Shown piece after piece: positions 1 to 10,108 of a stretch of DNA of 64,000 nucleotides; positions within the stretch are counted from its first letter, which is position 1, and every line of letters starts with the position of its first letter. Position numbers and translations under genes: made by a program. The DNA comes from Schmidtea nova. Its lineage: Eukaryota. The notes beneath the pieces were generated by a model. The model was given only the letters and a program-made list of their open reading frames with translations. It searched no databases and was not told where the DNA came from. The stretch lies in the NCBI GenBank assembly GCA_044892505.1, contig CM097882.1, positions 118,296,001-118,360,000 on the forward strand, in the 5' to 3' direction.

Positions 1-1980
1 CAAAGTAATGTTAATTTAAATAATGATAAAACTTTTGTAAATATTTCTAAACCTAATCAAAATTTAGAAATTACTGTTTTTAACGATAATAAAATAGTTA
101 AATTTAAGAAACCCTCACATAAATATATAAATCGTAAAAATGATATTTTTGATTTTAAAAGTCTGGTACGTATTGTCACTAAACGTGAACGCCAGCAACT
201 TTTCAATAAATTTCCAGATTTAGTTGCATTTATTAAAGAAAAAGAATCTATAAATAAATATGTAAAAATTAACAAATTTCTATCTTCAAATGAAATTAAG
301 CAAAATCCTTTAAATATTAGAGACTTTGATTACTTTTTCTATAGAAATTCAAATATCTGTATATCAATGAATATACAAACTAAATCAAATAATATTCAAG
401 ATCATAAACCTGTTGGTAATAAAAAATATATAAGTTTGATTGATGATAGAATAGTTGAGACATATGCTGTACTATCCGACTATATCTCTGCTCCTATGTC
501 AATTAGGAAGTTCTTATATAATCTGTCGGCTGAACTCTCAGAAACTGTCGCAATTAAGAACGAAAAACATAGGGAAACAACCATTAATAAAATGTTAGCT
601 ACAATAAAATATAAAAATCAACTCCCAGATTACTTAATTAAATCAAAAATTAAATATGAAAATGGGGAATTTTTAATATTAGATTTGACTAACTCTAAGA
701 TAAAATTAAATGGTTCAAATGATTCCAAATCAACAAATTCTTCTGAACTATCGAGAAGCCAAATGAATAATCTTTACGCTTCATTTCCAGATCTTAAAGA
801 AGTCTGTTTTGTAGAAAACCCAGCGACAAGATCTTCAGCAATTATTAAATTAATTGAATCATTAAAACTCAAAAATTTATTTCCATCAAATATCTTTTAT
901 GAAGGGGGTAAGTTTTATTATTCTGATTCTAAATCCGCTATATCAAATAGTTCTCCTGACATCATGTTTAATCTTGGTCTCTTTGATTTGGTTAGCATGT
1001 CTGAAGTTGATATTGAATTAAAATCGATTTTGCAGAATAATGATAGTCAATTCAAAATAGTGGATGTAGTATTCTATCTGAATTATTTGGCTTTGACTAA
1101 TTCTTTGAAGCTCTTTAAAAACCAAACTTACTCTGATTACGTTAAACATTATTTACGAAATTGTTGTCTTATTAACTCACTTTGCACAATTGACGAAATT
1201 GATTCTTTTTTATTGGAAGACTGTGAAAGTTGGGCTACTGAAATTGTTCAGAAGATCCCCAAATCGTCCTACTTTTATACAAGCTGTCAGGAAAAACTTT
1301 TAAAACTGAAGCAATGGGATCTTTCTTTAGAAATTAAAAAGATAAATAATATCATTTCGTCCCAAACAATATCAAGCTTAAACAGTTTCCTTGACGTTGT
1401 GAATTTAAATTTTACTTCTAAATCTAAACAAATTAATATTTTAAATAAATTAATGGAATCAATAAATGAAAACAAAACTGTTGATGACACACATGAAACT
1501 AAAGCTAAAAGACTTGTTTACTTTTTGCTGAGAGATGTTAAAAAATATCTAAATAAAAACAAGAAATTTAGATTATTTCAATCTTGCAATAAATATTGTA
1601 CTGTTGAAATGAGTCAACAAATCTCTTCAATAATTGCTGACCTCAATACTGTTGTCAACCAAGTGCTTAGTGATGAAACAATTTCCCTAATATCTCATGA
1701 TATAGTTCCAATTGATAAATCTAGTGAAATTGAAAAGATCGTTACTATTGAAGAAATCAACTGCATAAAATGCAATAATAAACTTGAGAAATGCATTTCA
1801 ATCAGAGAAGGAGTCAACATCAATATATGTGAAAAGTGTTTAGTTGAAGCAATTTCAAATGACAAACAGAGTCCTGATGCTCCTAGCTCGGATATAGAGG
1901 AAGCAATAGAACCAACCACAAAGAGATCAGGTCCAAATACTAGAACAACATTCAAGAAACAACCACCCAAAGCCAAATGA
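1..1980 (+). CDS. Upstream ORF of the retrotransposon, 5'-truncated by window (frame open from base 1, not just from ATG 367)
   Basis: Hand translation of 1-366 in the same frame has no stop (QSNVNL...NICISM); two copies of an FPDL-containing domain; C4 motif CIKC-x18-CEKC at 1762-1839; ends at TGA 1978-1980. Confidence 0.75.
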   Translation, partial: QSNVNLNNDKTFVNISKPNQNLEITVFNDNKIVKFKKPSHKYINRKNDIFDFKSLVRIVTKRERQQLFNKFPDLVAFIKEKESINKYVKINKFLSSNEIKQNPLNIRDFDYFFYRNSNICISMNIQTKSNNIQDHKPVGNKKYISLIDDRIVETYAVLSDYISAPMSIRKFLYNLSAELSETVAIKNEKHRETTINKMLATIKYKNQLPDYLIKSKIKYENGEFLILDLTNSKIKLNGSNDSKSTNSSELSRSQMNNLYASFPDLKEVCFVENPATRSSAIIKLIESLKLKNLFPSNIFYEGGKFYYSDSKSAISNSSPDIMFNLGLFDLVSMSEVDIELKSILQNNDSQFKIVDVVFYLNYLALTNSLKLFKNQTYSDYVKHYLRNCCLINSLCTIDEIDSFLLEDCESWATEIVQKIPKSSYFYTSCQEKLLKLKQWDLSLEIKKINNIISSQTISSLNSFLDVVNLNFTSKSKQINILNKLMESINENKTVDDTHETKAKRLVYFLLRDVKKYLNKNKKFRLFQSCNKYCTVEMSQQISSIIADLNTVVNQVLSDETISLISHDIVPIDKSSEIEKIVTIEEINCIKCNNKLEKCISIREGVNINICEKCLVEAISNDKQSPDAPSSDIEEAIEPTTKRSGPNTRTTFKKQPPKAK

Positions 1981-4900
1981 AGATGTGTGCCTGCATCAGC
2001 TCAATCTTCTGCCATTCCTTCTAATGAGACTGATGCAGAGAGCACAATCAACAACAACTATTTAAACTTTGACGATCGTGATCCTGAAATGTGGTTTTCC
2101 GATAATGATATTGACTGGTATTTGGAGCAAAATATTGACAATCCACTGCACGGATACATAAAATGCTTCGTTGTGAATATTCTTTGTTCAGATATGCATC
2201 AAGACATTGTTAGAATTCCTCAAACCATAATCAATGCTGAAACAGTTTTTTGTCCCCTAAATATCAACAATTCGCATTGGATCCTATTTGTTTATAGCAA
2301 GAAGTATCTATCATCCTATTTTATTGACCCAATCTATGCTAATCGACATAAACCAATTAACAAACAAATGGCATTGAGAATAAATCTGAAATTAAATAAG
2401 TTCTTCAAATTAAATATAACTGTTACCCATCAACCACATGTACATTTTGAATATCAAAAAAATAATTTTGACTGCGGTCCATTCACTTGCGCTTATGCAG
2501 TGATTATCAGTAAAGATTGGACAAGCTTTCCAGTTGGATTCATTGAACAAATACGGAAGGATGTACATTTATATCAGAAACAGTTACAGATTTCTAAACC
2601 AAAGTCATTAGGCGGTGCAAATCTAAAGATGGACATGTCTAAAATCAACATTAAAAAAGCACTTGCCAAGAAAAGAGTAGTGAATAACAATACAATTATA
2701 ACCAAAATATTAAACACTCAAAAGCCATGTGTGTCATCAATAATTTGTAAATATTATCAAAATAACACTGCAATTACAGTTTTGTCTGCTGAATTGACCC
2801 TTAATTTAATTGCACAAAATAAATCTTTTATTGCTGATAATGTAACATTTAAGCAATTTAAAGGAGTAGATCATATAATCGCTGTCATTCCTAAATTCAA
2901 CGATTGGTGCCTCTTTATCTACTCAAATACTCTTGAAAACAGTCTCATGTTTGATTTTAGTTACCGAAACATTGACGATCGACTAATTGAAATTGGAGAA
3001 AAGATGACTGAATACCTCAATAAATTCTGTCTTGGCCGTAATATTGAATTCTTAGCTAATCATCGGATTTCTCATCCTACCTTTTTCTCTTATGATGATC
3101 AATTGTTTGCCAGCTCTTTCATTGTACTTTTTGAGAAACTTGTTTTTAGAAAAATCTTGGAAAATGATAAAATATATGATTCGCTAAGTACTATAAAAAA
3201 TCAAACTTGCATAGAAATTACTCCTAGCCTAAGCTCTATCAATGGTAAGATAAGTGAGAAAATCATCAGTGATTATTTTCTCAATCTAAACTTATCTAAT
3301 AATTTTATTCTTTTAAATAAAACCATGTGTGCTGCAATTTCAGATGATTGCACTCAATACTTGAGAGACTTTTTAAACATTGAGTGCATGATGAAAGCGA
3401 ATGTTATCTTTGCAATCATTTCGCCTCCAAAGGTTCATGATTTGCTCATGATAATCGACTACAACACAGATGAGCACTATTTTCTTAGCCCTGTGATTAA
3501 TGAAGTAAATATAATAACAGAAGTTTATTGTCACAAACTTTTTCTTAAAATAAACGAGATTAGGGAAAGCACTGGACGTGCTATTAAAACTCGTCACTGT
3601 CCTCATGATGTTAAAGGTTCTGGATTGTTTAGTAAAATTTTATTCTGTGCTTTTATGAGAAACTATGCACAAGACCGACCTTTGGTAAACATCAATCTTC
3701 ACGAAATTGCCAATCTGATAAATGTGCTTGTACCAATTGTTGATAAAAATGACAATGAGATGGAAAAAAGACGTCAAAAATTAAAACTTGTAAATTCGTT
3801 AAAATTAAACTTAAAACAACGAGTAGAAAAGATCAACCGACTTTTAGATACACTTAAAAATTCGAGTGTTGATGAAATAATCTCTTGTATTCTTTCAAAC
3901 ATTCCTCGTCTTGAAAATCTTAATGCAAATCACACTCGAAGCCCATATCTGGGAAATAAACCATTAAAAAGTAAGAAATTGAAAAGCTCTACAGAATTTT
4001 TAACTAATATGAAACAAACTGTTTATAGGATATTGGGTGAAAATTTTGAATCGGTTGCTCCGTCTTTCCAGGAAATTATTTCCAACTTCACTCATCCAGA
4101 TGCATTTCCTGCCAGTTGGGAAAGCATTTTAAAATTCACCAAGATATCTAATGTGATGCTTGTTTTAGATCCAATGACACCTGCAGAAATTCGTACTAAT
4201 CTTGAAAAAACTGAAAACACTTCACCAGGGCTTGATAATGTTTGTTACAAAGACCTTCTGTTATTTGATCCAGACTGTAAACTTTTGGCCTTTTTATTTA
4301 ATAAAATAATTCAACTTGAAATAATTCCCACAAGTTGGAAATCTTTTAAAACAATACTAATTCCGAAACCAGATAAAAATGGTCAATACCATAAAGTGTC
4401 ATCTTGGAGACCAATAGCGTTATTGTCTGTTATTTACAAAGTATTTGCTTCAGTCCTAGCAAATCGTCTTAGTACATGGATCAGAAATAACTCACTATTA
4501 CACGTTGGCCAAAAGGGTGGTTCGGAATACGAGGGATGTATTGAACACAATTCCATTCTTTCTGCGATTATCGAACACTCGAAATATAGTAAATCCTCGC
4601 CTGTGACTATAGCTTGGCTCGACATAAAAGACGCGTTCGGTAGTGTTCCACACGACTACATGTGGACACTTTTAAGACACATGAACGTTGGTGAAAACTT
4701 TATAAAGATCTTAAAATTATTCTACACGGACACAAGCTCATTTTATTGCTGTAATAAAATGCAGACACCAGACATTGCGATAAAGAAAGGTGTCAAGCAA
4801 GGTTGTCCAATCTCAATGATACTCTTTTCAATAGCTATCAATCCAGTCCTTGAAGCTATTAAATTGTCGAACATTACTCCATTTATGATAGGGACTTCTC

Positions 4901-6582
4901 CTGTACAAGTGCTAGCTTATGCTGATGATATAGCTCTTATCGCGACGAATACATCTGACTTACAGACTTTGGTGGACGTCGCTATCAGTACTGCTAATAA
5001 AATCGGATTTGAATATCGTCCTGAAAAATGCGCATATATTCAATATCCAAAGGTTGAAACTGTAAGTGAAATTGCTGTCAACAAAGAATACATAAAAAAG
5101 ATTACGACAAATGAATTTTACCAATACTTGGGTGTACCAATAGGTGAGAATAATGATCAAAGTCCCTACGAAATCGTCAGCAAAGTCATTGAGGACACAA
5201 AAAAGATTGCTAATTCTGATCTTCATGGCTGGCAAAAACTTAAGGCTTATAAAATTTTTTTACATTCTCGACTAATTTTCCCATTTAGAACTAGGGAAAT
5301 AAAAACCAGTTCTTTAGCTGACCCCAGTAAAAATTCTAGAATAAATGTTAATAATACTAGTCTGCTGAGAAGCCATCTAAGAAAGATATTAAACTTACCG
5401 AATCATTCTGAGATTAGTTATTTTTACAATGCAACTGAAACTGGTGGAGCTGGTTGCATTGATCTACTTGACGAGTACCACACACAGACGATTGTCTACT
5501 TTTATCGTTTGTTAACATCACCCTGTGAATACTCGAAAAAGATAAATAGTTTTTCACTCTTGTCTGTAACAAGTCCAAGACTTGGAATTAAAAATCCAAC
5601 TCTTCGGCAAAGTTTAGAATGGGTCAATGGGAAAGAGAGTAAACAAAATCACAGTGGTAGTAAAACTCGCTTTTACCGATTACGAACATCGATAGCTTAC
5701 TTTGCCAGAAATCACAACATTAAACTATCATTTGAAACTGTCAACGAAAATCCATCAATTCGTATTACTACAACATCAACTGGCACGCGCATTTTATTAC
5801 CAACGTTAAGAAAGGCGTTGTCAAAAATACTGCATTCTGCAATACAAGTTTCTTATCTGGAAAAATGGGAAAGTAGTAATCATAGTAATCTTCTCGTGTC
5901 AGCAATTAAACTCTGTCCGCTTGTAAATAAACTTATTTTCCGATCCGATTTGACAGAATTCGAATGGAGATTTGTTCATCGTGCACGAACCAACACATTG
6001 TCAACATTCGCCAAACCACATAAAACTGGCGAGAATCGTCTGTGTCGAAGGTGTAAATCTGAGGATGAAACGATACTTCACGTTCTACAAAAATGTAAAA
6101 TCAATCAATCTTTAGCTACAAATAGACACAATGCTTGTATAGATAAAATCAAAAATGAACTTAAAAATCCAAATTTACTTGTTGTCGTCGATCATAAATG
6201 TTCCCTTGTACAGAATTCGACTGAACGCGTTGACTTTCTAATAACAAATACAGAAAAGAAAACCATACTTTTAGTAGACATGAAATGTCCAATTGATTCT
6301 GTTTCGAACTTTGAAAAGATTGACAAATTGAATTTGGGAAAATACGAAAAGCTGAGATCTGAAATACAAGAAGTTAAACCAGACTTTAAGGTTGAACTGT
6401 TTACCTGTATAATTGGCTCTTTGGGATCATTTGAACCTAAAACAATTGACTTGTTATTAAATATGGGGGTCCAGGAGAAAAGAATAAAGAGTCTTTTGAA
6501 AGATTGTGCAATTAGTAATATTGCACATTCAGCTAAAATTTGGTACTTTCATACCAATGGCTTCCTACCAAACTTTGTGTAA
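1981..6582 (+). CDS. Ulp1-like protease (x3) - reverse transcriptase - zinc knuckle - RLE endonuclease polyprotein
   Basis: CPLNINNSHW/FIDP/QKNNFDCG (Ulp1 H-D-C); SPGLD, LIPKP, WRPIAL, LDIKDAFGSV, GVKQGCPIS, YADD, YQYLG (RT); CRRC..ETILHVLQKC, RHN, RVDFLI..LVDMKCP, K..KY (RLE). In frame with ORF1; no ATG at its start. Confidence 0.92.
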   Translation, partial: RCVPASAQSSAIPSNETDAESTINNNYLNFDDRDPEMWFSDNDIDWYLEQNIDNPLHGYIKCFVVNILCSDMHQDIVRIPQTIINAETVFCPLNINNSHWILFVYSKKYLSSYFIDPIYANRHKPINKQMALRINLKLNKFFKLNITVTHQPHVHFEYQKNNFDCGPFTCAYAVIISKDWTSFPVGFIEQIRKDVHLYQKQLQISKPKSLGGANLKMDMSKINIKKALAKKRVVNNNTIITKILNTQKPCVSSIICKYYQNNTAITVLSAELTLNLIAQNKSFIADNVTFKQFKGVDHIIAVIPKFNDWCLFIYSNTLENSLMFDFSYRNIDDRLIEIGEKMTEYLNKFCLGRNIEFLANHRISHPTFFSYDDQLFASSFIVLFEKLVFRKILENDKIYDSLSTIKNQTCIEITPSLSSINGKISEKIISDYFLNLNLSNNFILLNKTMCAAISDDCTQYLRDFLNIECMMKANVIFAIISPPKVHDLLMIIDYNTDEHYFLSPVINEVNIITEVYCHKLFLKINEIRESTGRAIKTRHCPHDVKGSGLFSKILFCAFMRNYAQDRPLVNINLHEIANLINVLVPIVDKNDNEMEKRRQKLKLVNSLKLNLKQRVEKINRLLDTLKNSSVDEIISCILSNIPRLENLNANHTRSPYLGNKPLKSKKLKSSTEFLTNMKQTVYRILGENFESVAPSFQEIISNFTHPDAFPASWESILKFTKISNVMLVLDPMTPAEIRTNLEKTENTSPGLDNVCYKDLLLFDPDCKLLAFLFNKIIQLEIIPTSWKSFKTILIPKPDKNGQYHKVSSWRPIALLSVIYKVFASVLANRLSTWIRNNSLLHVGQKGGSEYEGCIEHNSILSAIIEHSKYSKSSPVTIAWLDIKDAFGSVPHDYMWTLLRHMNVGENFIKILKLFYTDTSSFYCCNKMQTPDIAIKKGVKQGCPISMILFSIAINPVLEAIKLSNITPFMIGTSPVQVLAYADDIALIATNTSDLQTLVDVAISTANKIGFEYRPEKCAYIQYPKVETVSEIAVNKEYIKKITTNEFYQYLGVPIGENNDQSPYEIVSKVIEDTKKIANSDLHGWQKLKAYKIFLHSRLIFPFRTREIKTSSLADPSKNSRINVNNTSLLRSHLRKILNLPNHSEISYFYNATETGGAGCIDLLDEYHTQTIVYFYRLLTSPCEYSKKINSFSLLSVTSPRLGIKNPTLRQSLEWVNGKESKQNHSGSKTRFYRLRTSIAYFARNHNIKLSFETVNENPSIRITTTSTGTRILLPTLRKALSKILHSAIQVSYLEKWESSNHSNLLVSAIKLCPLVNKLIFRSDLTEFEWRFVHRARTNTLSTFAKPHKTGENRLCRRCKSEDETILHVLQKCKINQSLATNRHNACIDKIKNELKNPNLLVVVDHKCSLVQNSTERVDFLITNTEKKTILLVDMKCPIDSVSNFEKIDKLNLGKYEKLRSEIQEVKPDFKVELFTCIIGSLGSFEPKTIDLLLNMGVQEKRIKSLLKDCAISNIAHSAKIWYFHTNGFLPNFV

Positions 6583-6934
6583 ATAAAAATAAATAAGGAT
6601 AATTAAACAAATTTAAAACTTTGTTAAAAGCTTTGTTAAATAAAACCTTTATTTTTTTAAAAATATGTAAATATTTAAAATTTTTATATCTGACAAATCA
6701 ATTGGTTTAAATTTTTGAAATGAAACTTTCTGCGACGAAACCATTTATATTCTAGAGTGGTAATTTCAACTAAGAAATGTCGCAAAGCTGGATAGAAAAT
6801 TCCAATGAAAGATCAGATCCACAAACAGATGAAGCAGTTTTATTTTTTTATATTATTGTTGTTGTAATATTCCATGCAGAATATTTTATCTGAACTTGTA
6901 AAAAAACAAATTTGTTATATTTAATAAAATTTTT

Positions 6935-8187
6935 ATTTCTAATTGTGAGACCCCAGTTTTAACTCTCAAGGTTGAATAATTTTTTCTTTGGCCGTTTTTA
7001 TGAAAATTTTGTTAAGGAATCGGATTCAGCGTATTGAATTTGATATAAATAGAAATTTTGGTTAAAATCTCACAAGTATTAGTCGAGAAAATCAATTAAA
7101 ATTTTTTTATATGTGAGAGGCCCAGGTTCAACTCCCACTTTGGACTAATTTTTTTTTTCTATTTTTTGTAACAAATTCGGATTCAGCATATTGAATTTGA
7201 TATAAATAGAAATTTTGGTTCAAATCTGACAAGTATTAGTCGAGAAAAATCATTTAAAATTTTTTTATATGTGAGAGGCCCAGGTTCAACTCTCACTTTG
7301 GACTCATTTTTTTCCTATTTTTTGTAACAAATTCGGATTCAGCATATTGAATTTGATATGTATACAAGTTTTCATAAAAATCGGACCATAATTGACTAAT
7401 ATAGAAATAAAGATAAAGTAATTAAAAAATAAATTTGATTAATTTAAATAAAATTATCAAATACTACTGATAAAGTAGTTAGTAAACAGATTGTATAAAC
7501 TTGTATATTTTTATATAAAGACCATTCCGGATTATTTTTTTACCATTAAGATAGTTGATTACATATTTTCTAAATAATGGCATGAATTAAGAATAAAAAT
7601 ATATGTTATATCTTTAAACTTTTATGAACTTCATGAAAGCATTACGAATCTGAATCCTGATGAGAAATCTTGCATTTATATAACTTGAAAACTATATAAT
7701 TATAATACTAATATAGATTTTCGATAATTTAATGGATCGCAGTTGAGCGCAGCGGAGCGCAGTGGGCGGTTGGCGGTTGGTGGTTGGCGGTTGGTGGTTG
7801 GTGGTTGGTGGTTGGTGGTTGGCGGATGGCGGATGGTGGATGGTGGATGGTGGATGGTGGTCGGCGGCGGGCGGTCGGCGGGTAGTGATTACCTGATGGT
7901 GTGTTGGTCACTAAGTGTGCCAGTTACTACCCATAAGTGTGCTGGTCAATAAGCATGGCGGGCACGCGCGGATGATGCAATGGACAATAAGCGTGCCGGA
8001 CACGTGCGGATGATACAAAAAACTCTAAAAGCAGTAGTTGCCATTGGCAACACGTGCCATAAGTGTGTCTTTGCACAAGAGTGCTGGTCAAGTACGAGTG
8101 ATGTAATGGTCAAGTGTCCGGTGTTATGTAACTTTAAAAAATTTAAGGGGGGGGGGGGTACTGTATCTGACGGGGACACATCCTACT
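6935..8187 (-). mobile_element. Polinton/Maverick-type terminal inverted repeat (copy A), facing the next element
   Basis: Near-identical inverted copy of 8193-9431; ends ...GGACACATCCTACT (reverse AGTAGG...); AG/AGT-repeat termini and long TIRs are Polinton hallmarks. Confidence 0.8.
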
Positions 8188-8192
8188 ATAAT

Positions 8193-9431
8193 AGTAGTAG
8201 TAGTAGGATGTGTCCCCGTCAGATACAGTACCCCCCCCCCTTAAATTTTTTAAAGTTACATAACACCGGACATTTGAACATTACATCACTCGTACGTGAC
8301 CAGCGCACTTGTGCAAAGACACACTTATGGCACGTGTTGCCAATGGCAACTACTACTTTTAGAAATATTTTGCATCATCCGCACGTTCCCGGCACAATTA
8401 CTGACCATTGCATCATCCGCGCGTGCCCGACATGCTTATTGACCAGCACACTTATGGGTAGTAACCGGCACACTTAGTGACCGACACACCATCAGGTAAT
8501 CACTACCCGCCAACCGCCAACGGCCATCCGCCATCCTGCCAACCGCCAACCGCCATCCGCCATCTGCCATCTGCCAACCGCCAACCGCCATCCGCCAACC
8601 GCCCACTGCGCTCCGCTGCGCTCAACTGCGATCCATTAAATTATCGAAAATCTAGATTAGTAATATAATTATATAGTTTTCAAGTTATATAAATGCAAGA
8701 TTTCTCATCAGGATTCAGATTCGTAATGCTTTCATGAAGTCCATAAAAGTTTAAAGATATAACATATATTTTTATTCTTAATTCATGCCATTATTTAGAA
8801 AATATGTAATCAACTATCTTAATGGTAAAAAAATAATCCGGAATGGTCTTTATATAAAAATATACAAATTTATACAATCTGTTTACTAACTACTTTATCA
8901 GTAGTATTTGATAATTTTATTTAAATTAATCAAATTTATTTTTTAATTAATTTATCTTTATTTCTATATTAGTCAATTATGGTCCGATTTTTATGAAAAC
9001 ATGTATACATATCAAATTCAATATACTGAATCCGAATTTATTACAAAAAATAGAAAAAAATTAGTCCAAAGTGGGAGTTGAACCTAGGCCTCTCACATAT
9101 GAAAAAGATTTTAAATTATTTTCTCGACTAATACTTGTCAGATTTGAACCAAAATTTCTGTTTACATCAAATTCAATACGCTGAATCCGAATTTGTTACA
9201 AAAAATAGGAAAAAAAATTAGTCCAAAGTGGGAGTTGAACCTGGGCCTCTCACATATAAAAAAATTTTAAATTATTTTCTCGACTAATACTTGTCAGATT
9301 TTAACCAAAATTTCTATTTATATCAAATTCAATACGCTGAATCCGATTCCTTAACAAAGTTTTCATAAAAAACGTCAAAGAAAAAATTATTCAACCTTGA
9401 GAGTTAAAACTGGGGTCTCACAATTAGAAAT
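8193..9431 (+). repeat. Left TIR of the palindromic element
   Basis: Homology with copy A ends at 9431; contains C10 tract, CCGCCA-type 7-mer array, ~157-bp tandem units. Confidence 0.85.
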
Positions 9432-9736
9432 CCATAGCCTTTCCAACTAAGCTACATTCCACACTTTTAATAAACAAAATTTTAACATATATTTGATTTT
9501 TCTNNNNNNNNNNNNNNNNNNNNNNNNNNNNNNNNNNNNNNNNNNNNNNNNNNNNNNNNNNNNNNNNNNNNNNNNNNNNNNNNNNNNNNNNNNNNNNNNN
9601 NNNNNNNNNNNNNNNNNNNNNNNNNNNNNNNNNNNNNNNNNNGACACAAAATAAAAAAAAAGACATTTTCAAATAACAAAATTTATTTCAATAACAATTT
9701 TCATTCTGGAAATATCGACATTAAGAACTAGTCATC

Positions 9737-10108
9737 TCAGTCGTTCAATGTATTTACTCCTAAATAATGCCCGAATGCAAAACTTTCATTTTTACCCACC
9801 CACTGACGCTTATCATCGTTGTTACTTAAAGCAATTTTAGTATTCTTAAAAGTATACAATTGATGATTTTGCTTCCCAATTCGAGTTTGAGGAACAGAAA
9901 AGATTTGATTATTATTGTAGCAATCAAGATAAGAAAGATGTTTTATCTCAGTTCCTTCTAAATATACTCCCTTCGCTTTATTACTTACAGATTCACCCAA
10001 AAGACTGTAGCACTTCGGACTTAAGAAAACCCATTCATTGGATCCAAGTCCAAATTTGCCAATGACTGAGTCAGGATTTCTTGAATACAATGGATGTTCA
10101 GGAATAAC
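9737..10108 (-). pseudogene. Protein-primed family B DNA polymerase, C-terminal remnant (copy 1)
   Basis: EHPLYS..VIGKF, LSPKCY, KAKGV, HQLYT...KIALSNNDDKR, AFGHY match the Polinton pPolB C-terminus; upstream part decayed. Confidence 0.8.

Larger units (their letters stand above)
1..6660 (+). mobile_element. Non-LTR retrotransposon, RLE type (NeSL/Utopia-like, Ulp1-encoding); 5' end outside window, 3' end approximate
   Basis: Ulp1 protease + RT + CCHC + restriction-like endonuclease in one frame; short AT-rich 3' UTR with AATAAA; no clear poly(A) tail or TSD. Confidence 0.85.

Noticed and set aside
6583-6935. U2 snRNA, SL RNA or rDNA target after the RLE element
   Set aside because: No recognisable match to these RNAs.
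7073-7145. tRNA gene call in the TIR repeats
   Set aside because: A/B boxes are present, but acceptor, anticodon and T stems do not pair.
7729-8668. ORFs 7729-7911, 7743-7952, 7946-8179, 7980-8477, 8477-8668 (and 23829-24298)
   Set aside because: Translations of TIR simple repeats; 7980-8477 crosses the junction between two elements.
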